A stretch of 64,000 nt of DNA from Candidatus Spongiisociaceae bacterium (GCA_965219685.1 CBDCOH010000002.1:1152001-1216000), one strand, 5' to 3'. Counted from the stretch's first letter, positions 1-10,256 are shown. Numbers and translations: made by a program. The notes: a model not told the origin generated them from the sequence alone.

Positions 1-344
1 TCGTCGGCCGCCACGAGGGCGATGGGTTGACCCCAGTACTCCACAGCCTGCGAGCCGAGGATGGGCTGGTCTGCGTCCTCGAGTCCGAAGGTCTTGCGGC
101 CCGGAACATCATCTCCGGTGAGAACGGCGTGCACGCCCGTCATGGCCACGGCGGGACCGATGTCCAGCTTGGTGATGATTGCCTTGGGGTGGGGGCTCCG
201 CAGCGTCGCCCCCCAGAGCATCCTGTCCATGTAGAGATCGGACGAGTAGGTGTAGGTGCCGTCCACCTTCGGGATCCCGTCGGTCCGGTGGGTCGACTCG
301 CCGACGCCACCCCGAACGGTGGGGGTCCTCACGCGGGTGGTCAT
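1..344 (-). CDS. Xanthine dehydrogenase-family molybdopterin-binding subunit (PucD/XdhA-like), N-terminal part, runs off window
   Basis: Manual translation from ATG at 344 (overlaps upstream stop, ATGA): MTTRVRTPTVRGGVGESTHRTDGIPKVDGTYTYSSDLYMDRMLWGATLRSPHPKA...HAVLTGDDVPG, typical a/b hammerhead start; follows the FAD and FeS subunits. Confidence 0.85.
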   Translation of the reverse strand, partial: MTTRVRTPTVRGGVGESTHRTDGIPKVDGTYTYSSDLYMDRMLWGATLRSPHPKAIITKLDIGPAVAMTGVHAVLTGDDVPGRKTFGLEDADQPILGSQAVEYWGQPIALVAAD

Positions 345-808
345 CGGCTCTTCACCAGAGTCTCGAGGCCGCGGAGGATGGCCCCGTACCCGGTGCAGCG
401 GCAGATGTTCCCTGCCAGCGCCTCCCGTATCTCGTCCGACGAGGGAGCCGGGTTCTCGTCGAGGAGGGCGGCAGCGGCGACCACGAACCCGGGGGTGCAG
501 AATCCGCACTGGACCGCACCCGAGTCAACCAGTGCCTTCTGAACCGGATGGAGTTCCGGTCCGCCCAGCCCTTCGACCGTCACGATCTCCGATCCCTCGA
601 CGTCCACTGCCATAACGAGGCAGGCGCACACGAGGGCGCCGTCGAGGATAACCGAGCACGACCCGCACTCCCCTTGCTCGCACGCGCCCTTCGACCCGGG
701 AAGGCCGAGTTGTTCCCTCAGCACGAACAGGAGGCTCTCCGGCCCCTTGACGTCGCACACCCGCGGTTCCCCGTTGATCGTGGCTCGTACCCTCACGATG
801 TCAGGCAC
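341..808 (-). CDS. Xanthine dehydrogenase-family (2Fe-2S) subunit (PucE/CoxS-like)
   Basis: GSKGACEQGECGSC, QCGFCTPG and GNICRCTGY motifs. Confidence 0.93.
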   Translation of the reverse strand: MPDIVRVRATINGEPRVCDVKGPESLLFVLREQLGLPGSKGACEQGECGSCSVILDGALVCACLVMAVDVEGSEIVTVEGLGGPELHPVQKALVDSGAVQCGFCTPGFVVAAAALLDENPAPSSDEIREALAGNICRCTGYGAILRGLETLVKSR

Positions 809-1596
809 CTTTCGAGGAGGCGCCGCGCCAGCACGCCCGAGGCGTGGCGGCGGTAGTCCTCCGTACCCCGGTGGTCTGTTATCGGGCGCACCTCTTTGGA
901 CACCAGGCGGGCGAAGTGGTCGAGGGCAGCCGGTCCGGGACGTCTCTCCGAGGAGATCATCCGCTCGGCGCGCCTGGCCCTGATCGGGGTCGGCCCGACG
1001 GAACCGAGAGCCACCCGTGTGCGACCGTCGTGCCAGCGGAACACGCAGGCGGACACCATCGAGATGACCATCGCGCTGCGCTGCCCTATCTTGGCGAACT
1101 CCTGGCGGTCCGGTAGATCGTCAGGCAGCAGGACCGCGGTGATCAGTTCGTCCGGCCGCCTCGAGGTGCGTTTGACGCCTGTGAAGAACCTGTCCCAGCG
1201 CACCGTCCGGGTACCGGCGACGGAGTGGAGTTCGATCTCCGCGTCGAGCCCGGCCAGGAACGGCAAGGCGTCTCCTGCGGGGCTGGCCGTGCCGACGTTC
1301 CCGCCGATGGTTCCCGCCGCCCGTATCTGAGGCGAGCCGATCGTGCGGGCCAGTTGCGCCAAGGCGTTGTGATCGCCCGATTCGAGCCGCCTGAAGGTGA
1401 CGCCCGCTCCGATCCGCGTGCGCGAGACCTCCTGTAACTCCCTGACCCGGCGTAGCGTGATCACTGACTGCGGGCGCAGCGTGCCGAAGTTGACCTCCAC
1501 CATGAGGTCGGTGCCTCCGGCGAGCGGGACAGCATCGGGGTTGGCAGCCAGGGCTTGGGTGGCGTCCTGGATGCCGACTGGGTGAACTACCTCCAC
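793..1596 (-). CDS. Xanthine dehydrogenase-family FAD-binding subunit (PucC/CoxM-like)
   Basis: LAGGTDL, IGSPQIRAAGTIGGNVGTASPAGD and PITDHRGTEDYRR motifs. Confidence 0.92.
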   Translation of the reverse strand: MEVVHPVGIQDATQALAANPDAVPLAGGTDLMVEVNFGTLRPQSVITLRRVRELQEVSRTRIGAGVTFRRLESGDHNALAQLARTIGSPQIRAAGTIGGNVGTASPAGDALPFLAGLDAEIELHSVAGTRTVRWDRFFTGVKRTSRRPDELITAVLLPDDLPDRQEFAKIGQRSAMVISMVSACVFRWHDGRTRVALGSVGPTPIRARRAERMISSERRPGPAALDHFARLVSKEVRPITDHRGTEDYRRHASGVLARRLLERCLTS

Positions 1597-1766
1597 TTAT
1601 CGCTACTCCGCATCGAGTTTTCTTTGGTCCGTCGGATAGCAGAGGTTAGTCCATCTTCGACTCACCGCTGTTTAACGGGGATACCGGCCTCCCTTGCAAC
1701 GTCCGCCGGGAAACGTGTATCTGCCCGTATTTCCGATGGTTGGCTCGGCTATCTACGCTGCTCGCC

Positions 1767-2693
1767 GTGAAGCGTATCCTGCTGTGTGCCAACCCTGCGG
1801 CTTCGGGTTTCACCGGGGGGCTCCATCGCGCGGTCGTCTCCCGCCTTCGGCGGACCTTCGATGTCGAGGCGGAGTGGCCGAGGAGCGCTTCCGACACCCG
1901 GGCGGTGAGTGCGGCTGCCCAGGCCGAGGGGTTCGATCTCGTGGTCGCGATGGGAGGCGACGGGATGGTCCACCACGTGGCCAACGGGATTGGCGGCACC
2001 GGTCCTCCCCTGGGCATCGTCCCCGTGGGTACGACCAACGTACTGGCGAGATTGCTCGGCATCCCTTCGAGGGCCACCAAGGCCGCGGATCTCATCTGCA
2101 GCCGTCCCCCGCCCCGGCCGGCCCCTGCCGCGATGCTGGCCATGGACCACGGAAGCGGGCGTCTGGAAACCCGGCTCGCAACCTTCGCGTGCGGCGCCGG
2201 GTTCGACGCCGCAGTCGTGCAGCGGGCGGAGCAGGAACCCTATCGCAAGTACCGGCTCGGCGGCCTTCACTTCGCGCGGTCCGCCGCTGCATTGGCATGG
2301 AGTGACTTCGCAGGCCGCCCGGCCGGGCTGGTGGTGAGGTCCGGGGACCGGAAGGTGTCCGCCGCGGCGGTTTTCGTCCGCCTCTACGACCGGTACACGT
2401 ATTTCGGACGTGTACCGGTGCGTTTCGGGGCCCGCGTCCCGGACACGTTGGGCGTGCTGGTGGCTCGGTCCATGAGCCGCCGGCGGATCCCCGCAGTGCT
2501 CTTGCGGGCCATGGCTGGGCGCGACATCGGGAAGGTCGACGGATTCGAGGCATGGAGCGGAGTGTCGGCGTTGGAGGTAAGTGCGTATTCCACCGGGTTT
2601 CCGGCCCAGGCGGACGGTGAGTTGCTCGGGTCGGGCCGGAGCCTCTCGGTCTCGATCCAGCCCGACCACCTGCGTGTTCTCATGCCCGTCTGA
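1767..2693 (+). CDS. Diacylglycerol kinase-family lipid kinase
   Basis: ANPAAS, MGGDGM, GIVPVGTTNVLAR, GAGFDA and QADGE motifs; GTG start chosen at 1767. Confidence 0.88.
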   Translation: MKRILLCANPAASGFTGGLHRAVVSRLRRTFDVEAEWPRSASDTRAVSAAAQAEGFDLVVAMGGDGMVHHVANGIGGTGPPLGIVPVGTTNVLARLLGIPSRATKAADLICSRPPPRPAPAAMLAMDHGSGRLETRLATFACGAGFDAAVVQRAEQEPYRKYRLGGLHFARSAAALAWSDFAGRPAGLVVRSGDRKVSAAAVFVRLYDRYTYFGRVPVRFGARVPDTLGVLVARSMSRRRIPAVLLRAMAGRDIGKVDGFEAWSGVSALEVSAYSTGFPAQADGELLGSGRSLSVSIQPDHLRVLMPV

Positions 2694-2782
2694 AACGTCC
2701 GTTCTCCTCCTATGAGATCGTCGGAGGTGCGCGGTTAGTTGTTGCCCGGCACTAGTATCGCGCTCGGTGGCGCCTCGTTCAC

Positions 2783-4657
2783 ATGTCTGAGAAGTCGTTT
2801 CGGGTAGGTCTTTCCGCGCTTGGGCTCGTAGCCGTTGCAGTGGCGGTCCTCCTGCTGGTGAGGGGATCCGACCGCGACGTGTCGGGGCCTGCAACCAGCG
2901 ATCCGGCCGCCACCGGCGAGCAGTCGGCCGGTCATCAATCCGCCCTGGGCGCATTGATGGACCTGGAGTTCCGCCTGGCCAACCAGCCGATCTGGATCGA
3001 CGTAGCGGGAACCCGCTTCAACCTGGTCCCTGCATCGATCGGCTTCGACCTCGATGAGCAGTCCGTGGCGCAGAGCGCGCTCGCTGCCCACTCACCCGAG
3101 GATGTGATCGAGATTGCCTCGTCATGGGACGAGCACGACGACACGCCTGCAGACCTGGCGCTGGTCGGGACTATCGACGAGGAGGCTCTGTCCAGGGTGC
3201 TGGACCGTTACGACGCGGCCCTCGACGGTCCGTTCGAAGGGGGGATCGTCATGGAGGGCACGACCCCGATCCCCGTCTATCCCCGCCCGGGACTGGTGAT
3301 CGATCGGAGCACCGCGGCGCAACTGATCCTGGCGGAGTTGCTGCAACGTCCGATGCCCGAAGTGGTCGCGCTCGACACCCTGCAACAGCTACCGATCCTG
3401 TCCGCCGAGGCTGTCGACACCGCTCTCCACGAGGCGCTCCAACTCGTGGGGGCCCCGATCATCCTGAGCCGCAGCGATCCGGATGCGACCCTCTACCTGG
3501 ACGAGGGGCGACTGGCCAGAGCCCTGCTCACCCGGGCGGAACGGGATCCGAGCCCCCACATCGTGGTCACGTTCGACCCGGTGGTGTTCGACGAGTACCT
3601 CCATCCCCTCAGGGCGGGGTTCGAGGCGCCGCCCGTCGACGCCCGGATCGTCATCGACACGGATGACAACGTGACCATCCTCCCGGGCTTCCCCGGCGCC
3701 CGGATCGATACCGATCTGGTGGTCGAGGCGGCGATGGACGCGGCCCGCCGGGCGTCCAGGACCAACGTGCTGCCGCTTGACACCGGTGTGCAGCCCACCA
3801 TCAGATCCCAGGACCTCCTCCGGGTGAAGGAGAAGATCAGCGAGTTCACGACCCACCACCCCTGCTGCCAGCCGCGGGTCGGCAACATCCAGCGGTTTGC
3901 GGCCGAGATGGATGGGAGGATGCTGCTACCGGGAGAGGTGATGTCCCTCAACGATACGGTGGGCAAACGAACCAGGGAGAGGGGATACGTACCGGCGCCC
4001 ACGATTATCAAGGGTGAGATCACCGATACGGTGGGCGGAGGGGTGAGCCAGTTCGCGACCACCTTCTACAACGCGGTGTTCTGGGCCGGGTTGGAGATCC
4101 TGGAGCACCAGCCCCACAGCTACTACTTCTCGCGCTACCCGGAGGGAATCGAGGCCACTATCAGTTGGAGAGAGCCCGATCTGGTGTTCCGCAACGACAC
4201 GGACACGCCGGTGGTGATCAAGACCTCCTCCACGGGCACGTCGATCACTGTCAAGTTGTTCGGCGACAACTCCGACCGGGAAGTGAGTGCCTCGGTGTCC
4301 GGCCGGTACGACTGGACCGAGTTCCCCACCGAGTACGTGCCGAACCCCGAGATGATGCCGTGGGACGAGGAGGCTGAGGTCCAGGAGGGTGCCAACGGGT
4401 GGTCGGTCACGGTCACCCGGCAACTGGACTTCACGGACGGGTCCTCCACCAGCCAGAAGTGGACCGTGCGCTACCGGCCGTGGCCGCGCCAGTTCGAGGT
4501 GCATCCGTGCCTGCTTTCCGAGGAGCACGAGGAGTACACCGGCGAGGAGTGCCCCGTCAACCCGGACGGCCCGTCCGAACCGGGCACGGAGCAGCAGGAC
4601 GGAACCAACGTACCCACCGACGACCCGCCGGACTCAGGCGACGGCGACGACTCGTGA
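2783..4657 (+). CDS. VanW-family membrane-anchored protein with putative peptidoglycan-binding repeats
   Basis: N-terminal TM helix; VanW core SLNDTVGKRTRERGY...GGGVSQFATTFYNA...HSYYFSRYPEGIEAT...DLVFRND. Confidence 0.88.
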   Translation: MSEKSFRVGLSALGLVAVAVAVLLLVRGSDRDVSGPATSDPAATGEQSAGHQSALGALMDLEFRLANQPIWIDVAGTRFNLVPASIGFDLDEQSVAQSALAAHSPEDVIEIASSWDEHDDTPADLALVGTIDEEALSRVLDRYDAALDGPFEGGIVMEGTTPIPVYPRPGLVIDRSTAAQLILAELLQRPMPEVVALDTLQQLPILSAEAVDTALHEALQLVGAPIILSRSDPDATLYLDEGRLARALLTRAERDPSPHIVVTFDPVVFDEYLHPLRAGFEAPPVDARIVIDTDDNVTILPGFPGARIDTDLVVEAAMDAARRASRTNVLPLDTGVQPTIRSQDLLRVKEKISEFTTHHPCCQPRVGNIQRFAAEMDGRMLLPGEVMSLNDTVGKRTRERGYVPAPTIIKGEITDTVGGGVSQFATTFYNAVFWAGLEILEHQPHSYYFSRYPEGIEATISWREPDLVFRNDTDTPVVIKTSSTGTSITVKLFGDNSDREVSASVSGRYDWTEFPTEYVPNPEMMPWDEEAEVQEGANGWSVTVTRQLDFTDGSSTSQKWTVRYRPWPRQFEVHPCLLSEEHEEYTGEECPVNPDGPSEPGTEQQDGTNVPTDDPPDSGDGDDS

Positions 4658-4681
4658 GCCGGATCCCGGCGTCAGTAACCG

Positions 4682-4987
4682 TTACTGCCGGTTGCTCGCG
4701 TAGTACACCAGGGAGTTGCGGATGATCCCGGCCGCGGCTTTCGCCCGGTCCTCGCTCCAGCCACCCGAACTCCTGACGGAAACGGTGTTCGAAAACACGT
4801 ACACCGACACTATCGAGGGGAACTCGGAGAAGAGCGCGCTCGCCACCAGGCCGGGGAAGGTACCCGAGGCGTCGGCGGCTGCGGCGCTGGCGTAGGTCTC
4901 GCCTTCCTGGCCGGAGAAGCTCCGGTCGGTGTCGAACACGGCTACGTCGCCCAGCACGACGCTGTCCACTTCGATCAACTGGCCCAC
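4682..4987 (-). CDS. Small conserved hypothetical protein, possibly Nfu/NifU N-terminal-like fold
   Basis: AAGGA RBS-like sequence before GTG; LF....IVSVYVFSNTVSV...GW pattern resembles Nfu_N. Confidence 0.6.
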   Translation of the reverse strand: MGQLIEVDSVVLGDVAVFDTDRSFSGQEGETYASAAAADASGTFPGLVASALFSEFPSIVSVYVFSNTVSVRSSGGWSEDRAKAAAGIIRNSLVYYASNRQ

Positions 4988-5123
4988 ATTCGTCCTTTCA
5001 CGACCGGCCGGGTCTCCCGGGAACCTCTGAAGTGCCCGCCGCCGGCGCGGGCCACTCTAGTCAATGTCCGGCAGACCCGACTTGCGTCTGCGCCCATGCG
5101 CGCCAGGGGAGGCGCCGCGGGGA

Positions 5124-6605
5124 TCACCGGGGGACGGTCCCGAGCCGGCCTGCCCGCCTGTCCCGGCGCCTGGGCTGGAAGCTGAGACGCTCACCGATCA
5201 CGTGAAGTTTCACCATGTTGGTACGGGCACGGCTGTTCGGGGGGACGCCGGCCACCATCACGACGCCTTCGCCGCGCTCGCATATCCCGGTCTTCTCCAG
5301 GTGCTTCTCGGCAGCTGCGAACATCAACTCGATCGACTCCCGCGGTTCGAACGGGATCGGTCTCACCCCCCAGTAGAGGGCCATCCGGCGGCGGATCCGG
5401 GCGCTCGGAGCGAAGACCATGATGTCGGCCGATGGCCGGTACTTGGACAGGAGTCGGGCGGTACCGCCCGACTCGGTGAAGGCCACGATCGTGCGGAATC
5501 CGAGGTCGCGGGCTGCCTCGGTGGCTGCTTTGGCGGTTGCCGAGGCGAAGTTCATCGAACTTTCGAGGAACTCGATCTCCTCATGGTCGGCGATGTTGGT
5601 GTCGCGATGCTGCTCCGCCTCCCTGCAGATGGCCGACATAGCCTCGACGACGGGTACGGGGTGGCGCCCGATGGCGGTCTCGGCGGAGAGCATCACGGCG
5701 TCGGTTCCCGAGGCCACTGCGTTCGCCACGTCGGTCACTTCCGCCCGCGTGGGGCGCTGGGCTGTGATCATCGACTCCAGCATTTCGGTAGCGGTTATCG
5801 AGATCAGCCCGGCACGGTTGGTACGTCTCAGGATGTCGGCCTGGATGTGGGGTATCGACTCCAGGGGGAGTTGCACCCCCAGGTCGCCGCGCGCCACCAT
5901 CACCCCGTCGGCCGCATCGAGGATGGAGTCCAGATTCTGGTAGGCCAGGGCGAGTTCGACCTTGGCGATGACCGGCACGTCGGGTCCGGCCAACTCCCGC
6001 ACCTCGTTGATGTCGTCACCCTCCTTCACGAAGGAGGCGGCGACGTAGTCGACGCCCAGTTCCCGTCCCAGTTCGAGGTCCCGCCGGTCCTTCTCGGTGA
6101 CCGGGCCGACCTGCAGGTCGCTGTCCGGGAACGCGACACCCTTGCGATCTCTGAGCGTGCCGCCGCGCCGGATCAGCAGCTTCAGGGTCTCGCCGGTGAG
6201 ATCGGTGACCTGACCGGCGATCAACCCGTCCGACATGACGACACGGTCACCCACCCCTACGTCGGCCGCCAGCCGGGGATAGTCGACCGGGATGAGACCC
6301 GGCTTCCCCTGCATCACCGTGGAGGTCATCCATACCTCGTCGCCTTGACTCAACTCCACCGCTCCCGCGGCGAACCGACCCACCCTGGTCTTCGGTCCCT
6401 GGATGTCCTGGAGAACCGCGATGGAGCGGCCGGCTTCGGCGGCCGCCTGACGCAGCCACCGGATCATCCAGAGATGGGAGTTGTGATCGCCATGGCTGAA
6501 GTTGAGTCTGGCAACATCCATACCGGCCTCTACTAGGGCCTTCACCGTGTCGGCATCGGCGACAGCCGGGCCCATGGTGGCCACGATCTTCGTTCTGCGT
6601 AACAC
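5124..6605 (-). CDS. pyk: Pyruvate kinase
   Basis: RRTKIVATMGPA, ARLNFSHG, DIQGPK, DGVMVARGDLGV, RPTRAEVTDVANA, MLSAETA; GTG start at 6605. Confidence 0.97.
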   Translation of the reverse strand: MLRRTKIVATMGPAVADADTVKALVEAGMDVARLNFSHGDHNSHLWMIRWLRQAAAEAGRSIAVLQDIQGPKTRVGRFAAGAVELSQGDEVWMTSTVMQGKPGLIPVDYPRLAADVGVGDRVVMSDGLIAGQVTDLTGETLKLLIRRGGTLRDRKGVAFPDSDLQVGPVTEKDRRDLELGRELGVDYVAASFVKEGDDINEVRELAGPDVPVIAKVELALAYQNLDSILDAADGVMVARGDLGVQLPLESIPHIQADILRRTNRAGLISITATEMLESMITAQRPTRAEVTDVANAVASGTDAVMLSAETAIGRHPVPVVEAMSAICREAEQHRDTNIADHEEIEFLESSMNFASATAKAATEAARDLGFRTIVAFTESGGTARLLSKYRPSADIMVFAPSARIRRRMALYWGVRPIPFEPRESIELMFAAAEKHLEKTGICERGEGVVMVAGVPPNSRARTNMVKLHVIGERLSFQPRRRDRRAGRLGTVPR

Positions 6606-6729
6606 CGGTCCCCAAGGTAACCGGCCGGGTCTACACGTCAAAGCCTCTTGGTCGGCGCTGGTTGCCGCACGGCGATGCAGTGCACACCCAATCCGGCTCG
6701 TGCGCCGATCAACCGTGGAAGCGGGCTGG

Positions 6730-6757
6730 GCTCCGGGGGTGGGACTTGACCCCAAAA
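6730..6757 (-). repeat. att-like duplicate of the tRNA-Asn 3' end (distal island boundary)
   Basis: GCTCCGGGGGTGGGACTTGA (6730-6749) is identical to 10256-10275; the match extends to 28 nt with 2 mismatches. Confidence 0.85.
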
Positions 6758-6797
6758 TGGCTCATCCCGTCGAGGCGGGTCAACCTCAGTGGCTCCT

Positions 6798-8831
6798 TCA
6801 GTTTGGTAGCCAACCTAAGAGCGTGATTCGGCCGTATTCAGGTTGGGCAACAACCCTCCATCGGTTACTGCCGTCGCTATCCGTTATCCATAGCGAGGAG
6901 ACAGAGCCTGGTAAGGGTCCGGCTTCATCGAATCTGACTGGGGCTAGCATCGAGTAGGCTATACGGTTACCGTCGGGGGACCAACGAAAGTCATGTCCTA
7001 CGTTGTCAACCAGTTTCCTCTTGTTCTGTCCATCAGCGTCCGCTATCCATAGCTGCGTAGAAACGGGGAAATATGGTTCGGTCCACAATTCCCTGGAGAT
7101 GTCGGATACTTCTGTGAAAACGTCGGATGGTAGTACTGGACTGTTGGGGTCTTCTTCTTCCAGAATGTAAGCAAAGGACTGATTGTCAGGCGACCATCGG
7201 ACATTCAGAATCCGACCGTATCTCGGGTCTCCTGTGTAGAGGTCGCGCTGCCTTATCGTATCCCCGGTTAGCGTGTTGAACACGAACCCTTCACTGTTGT
7301 CAGATACTAGATGTGCACTATCCGGTGCCCAGTCCAGGTAGTTACACTTGCTTATACCTAGGTTCATGATCGTTTCACCGTTGGTGGCGTCCGCCACGAG
7401 GAACTGGGTTCCGATACCATAACCCTTCACGTAGGCGAATCGGCTACCGTCGGGCGACCAGCGTAGCTTGGCCGAGCCGGGAAGGTCGCCCAAGCCTGCC
7501 GTCAGTAACTTGACCCTGTTGCTACCGTCGATGTCCATTATCCAGAGATCCTGGTGAACACCGTTGGGATTCTGCGCTATCCAGGACACTCTCCGGCCAT
7601 CGGGTGTGAACTCCACGTATCGGGCATTGGACTCATCAACATCGATCGTGACCTGGCTACCGCTCTCAAGGTTCTCGACAACGGTATGGGAGTAGACACG
7701 TTCGTTACTGATCTCATCGAAGACACTGTAGAGACCTAACGTCCCGTCAGGAGAGAACCGCCAGAAAAGACCGATGGACCGCTTGTCCTCCCCATCACTA
7801 CCCTCGATCCAGCTCGTGCCTCCGGTACCTTCAGCAGGGTTGTACACCAGGTATCTGCTGTCGGGCGACCACCGGAAATTAAAGGACCATCGGCCCCGAG
7901 CACGGACCTCGCGAACGTTGCGCCCATCAGTGCCCATAACAAGGCCCTTATCGCTTGCCCCGTAGGCGACCCACCTACCGTCCGGTGAGAATATCGGATG
8001 AGCACCACCATGACTGCTGTACGATCCTATAGCCTCCCTGCCGCCCTGCAGCCGGACCATCCATATTCGGTTCCCGAACCCATAACTGTCCACGTAGTTC
8101 GGGTCTGCCGTGGAGTAGGCAAGGCGGTAGCCGCCGGCAAGCGACGTGGCGGCGGGAAGGGGCACGAGCTTCAGGGCGCGAGCCAGGAAAGTCGCCATCT
8201 CGGCCCGGGTCACCGACCGGTCGGGACAGTAACGCCCCTCACCGCATCCGGCGGTGATCCCCGCCGCGGCGAGCTTGTCGATGTTCTCCGCGTGTGCGCT
8301 GCTCGCAGTGTCCGAGAACCGACCGGGCGTCCCGCCGGGCAACTCAAACGCCCGCGCCAAGAAACTCGCCATCTCAGCGCGGGTCACCGGCCGGTCCGGG
8401 CAGTAAAGTGGAGGGGCGTCAGAGCACCCTCTGGTGACTTCGAGATCGGCCAGCCGGTTCGTATAAGGCGCCCACCATAGAGCGGGACTCACATCGGTGA
8501 AGCTCGACACGCCGGACGGACCAGGATCCGTCCCATCCAAGGCCCGCACCAGCCACACGGCCATCACCCATCTCAGCAGCGGATCTTCAGGACAGAACAA
8601 ACCCCCGTCGCAGTCGGTGCCCGCGAGGATGCGCCGACCATCAGAAGCCACGGCAGCGATCGACCTCGCATGAACCCCTCCCTCAACATCGGGATAGCCG
8701 CCCGCCTGGGCCGCCGCGGGCAGACCGGGCGCCAGCGGTACCATCATCACCACGATCACGGCCCCGATCAGCCGACCACGCGCTTTCGGTCGATCACCCC
8801 TGCGCCCCGGCAGGAACAGTTGACTAGGCAC
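6798..8831 (-). CDS. Secreted S-layer homology (SLH) domain protein with TolB/PD40-like beta-propeller
   Basis: Signal-like segment ending PAAAQA; three SLH-like repeats (FCPEDPLLRWVMAVWL, YCPDRPVTRAEMASFL, YCPDRSVTRAEMATFL); repeated FSPDG/WSPDG motifs; GAGGGAG before GTG at 8831. Confidence 0.85.
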   Translation of the reverse strand: MPSQLFLPGRRGDRPKARGRLIGAVIVVMMVPLAPGLPAAAQAGGYPDVEGGVHARSIAAVASDGRRILAGTDCDGGLFCPEDPLLRWVMAVWLVRALDGTDPGPSGVSSFTDVSPALWWAPYTNRLADLEVTRGCSDAPPLYCPDRPVTRAEMASFLARAFELPGGTPGRFSDTASSAHAENIDKLAAAGITAGCGEGRYCPDRSVTRAEMATFLARALKLVPLPAATSLAGGYRLAYSTADPNYVDSYGFGNRIWMVRLQGGREAIGSYSSHGGAHPIFSPDGRWVAYGASDKGLVMGTDGRNVREVRARGRWSFNFRWSPDSRYLVYNPAEGTGGTSWIEGSDGEDKRSIGLFWRFSPDGTLGLYSVFDEISNERVYSHTVVENLESGSQVTIDVDESNARYVEFTPDGRRVSWIAQNPNGVHQDLWIMDIDGSNRVKLLTAGLGDLPGSAKLRWSPDGSRFAYVKGYGIGTQFLVADATNGETIMNLGISKCNYLDWAPDSAHLVSDNSEGFVFNTLTGDTIRQRDLYTGDPRYGRILNVRWSPDNQSFAYILEEEDPNSPVLPSDVFTEVSDISRELWTEPYFPVSTQLWIADADGQNKRKLVDNVGHDFRWSPDGNRIAYSMLAPVRFDEAGPLPGSVSSLWITDSDGSNRWRVVAQPEYGRITLLGWLPN

Positions 8832-9439
8832 TGAATGTTCTCCCTCAGTGATCCAACTACCGCATCGGCCCCCCAGCCACAACCTCCGTCTCCGAGGCCC
8901 GCCGCAGTCTAGCCAACCGCACCCAACGACACTACGACAACCCCAGGAGGGGACGACGCCGACCCCTACGGCTAGTCCTCCGAAGTGTCCTCGGACAGAA
9001 AACCGGCAACGTCCAGGGATGTGATCATCACCTGAACCATACGTACCGGCCAAGACGCACAGTTTCAGTTGGCCCTGACACTCCTTTCCTCAATACTGTC
9101 CCCCGTCCCCCAAAGCCTCCAGTCCGGCAAACGGTCAACTGCGGGGGTGATAGCAGCAACGGGAGCCGGGTTAGCAGAAGGGTTCGGGGCTGTTATCGAG
9201 ATGTTGTCCCGGATGAGTGTGGTACTAGAAGTGGGACGTATCCTCGTGATCGTCGTCTAATCTGTCGATCTAGCTCAATGTTTCAATAACCTGGGCAAGG
9301 GACAGTCCTTCCGCTGTGCACCCGAGTCGAACACTGCGCCTACGACGAGGGCTCTGTGCCGGCGGTCCTGTTCGGCATAGAGCCACATTCGTGATGCGAC
9401 CAAGACCGGCTTCGAGAGCATGAGTCGAACATCGGACGA

Positions 9440-10060
9440 CTAGCGCCTTGATGTGCTAGCGCTCGGAAGGTGTTTTCTGGCTCCGGTTTGTTTCGGCAAA
9501 GCGGCGGTCACCGCGTCGCCTGCTGGGTTGTCCTGGCGGTGTCCCTGGGCGATGGCCCATTTCATGACGGCTGCAATGCGTTGGCGCACCCGCTTGGCTG
9601 TCTCCGGGCGGCTGGTCCAGATCGGAGGCAGACAGTCCATCACATCTGCGGACGTGACCTCGTCCACCCGCATCGAGCCGATGGCTGGCAGCACATGGGT
9701 GCCCAGGAAGGATCGCTACTGCGCCTCGGACTTGCCGCCCGGGTTTCCACTTTCCCGCATACAGGGCGAGCACTGCTTCGGTGGCGGTTGCGAAAGTGGG
9801 AATGGCCCCGTCACGCAGGGTGGTGGGATCGATGTCTTCGTGGGCTGCTTTGCGGTACTCGAAGGCTTGCTGGCGTGCTTGGGCGAGGCTGACATAGGGG
9901 TAGCGGCCCAGGCCGAGGTCGCGGCGGCGGCCGTTGACTGTCCCCCGCCATATCCACGCCTTGGAGCCGGAGGGTTGTACTCGGAGGATCAGGCCGTGCT
10001 GGTCTCCGTACTTTCCTGGTCTGGTTTCTGATCGGACCCGGCTGCTGCCAGTTTTGGCAA
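9440..10060 (-). pseudogene. P4-like tyrosine integrase remnant (arm-binding and core-binding domains only)
   Basis: PGKYGDQHGLILRVQPSGSKAWIWRGTVNGRRRDLGLGRYPYVSLAQAR, then frameshift near 9740 and in-frame TAG, continuing LPAIGSMRVDEVTSADVMDCLPPIWTSRPETAKRVRQRIAAVMKWAIAQGHRQDNPA; no catalytic domain. Confidence 0.88.
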
Positions 10061-10256
10061 TTCCCTCTCCTTCCGCCCCTCTGAGCGTCCCGCACCTGAT
10101 TGAACTACCGCCCCAATAGGAAGAGTCAAGCAACCAGCGTGAAGCTGACGGGTCTGGGCTGTGCGTGGATGAGGTCGGTCGGAAAAGGTATCTGACCTGG
10201 GAGTATGTTCAGTCCTGAAACGACCGGGGACTACAAGGAACGTCGTGGAATGGGAG

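Noticed and set aside
5064-6536. Long antisense ORFs (e.g. 5064-6536, 33623-35122, 47506-48969, 55845-58082, 61068-62855)
   Set aside because: Shadow frames opposite well-conserved genes, expected in high-GC DNA; no family motifs
8870-9060. Third copy of the dispersed repeat upstream of the SLH gene
   Set aside because: Only scattered 9-12 nt matches (CCTCCGAAGT, ACGTACCGGCCA) that are not collinear with the 56.4-56.7 kb copy
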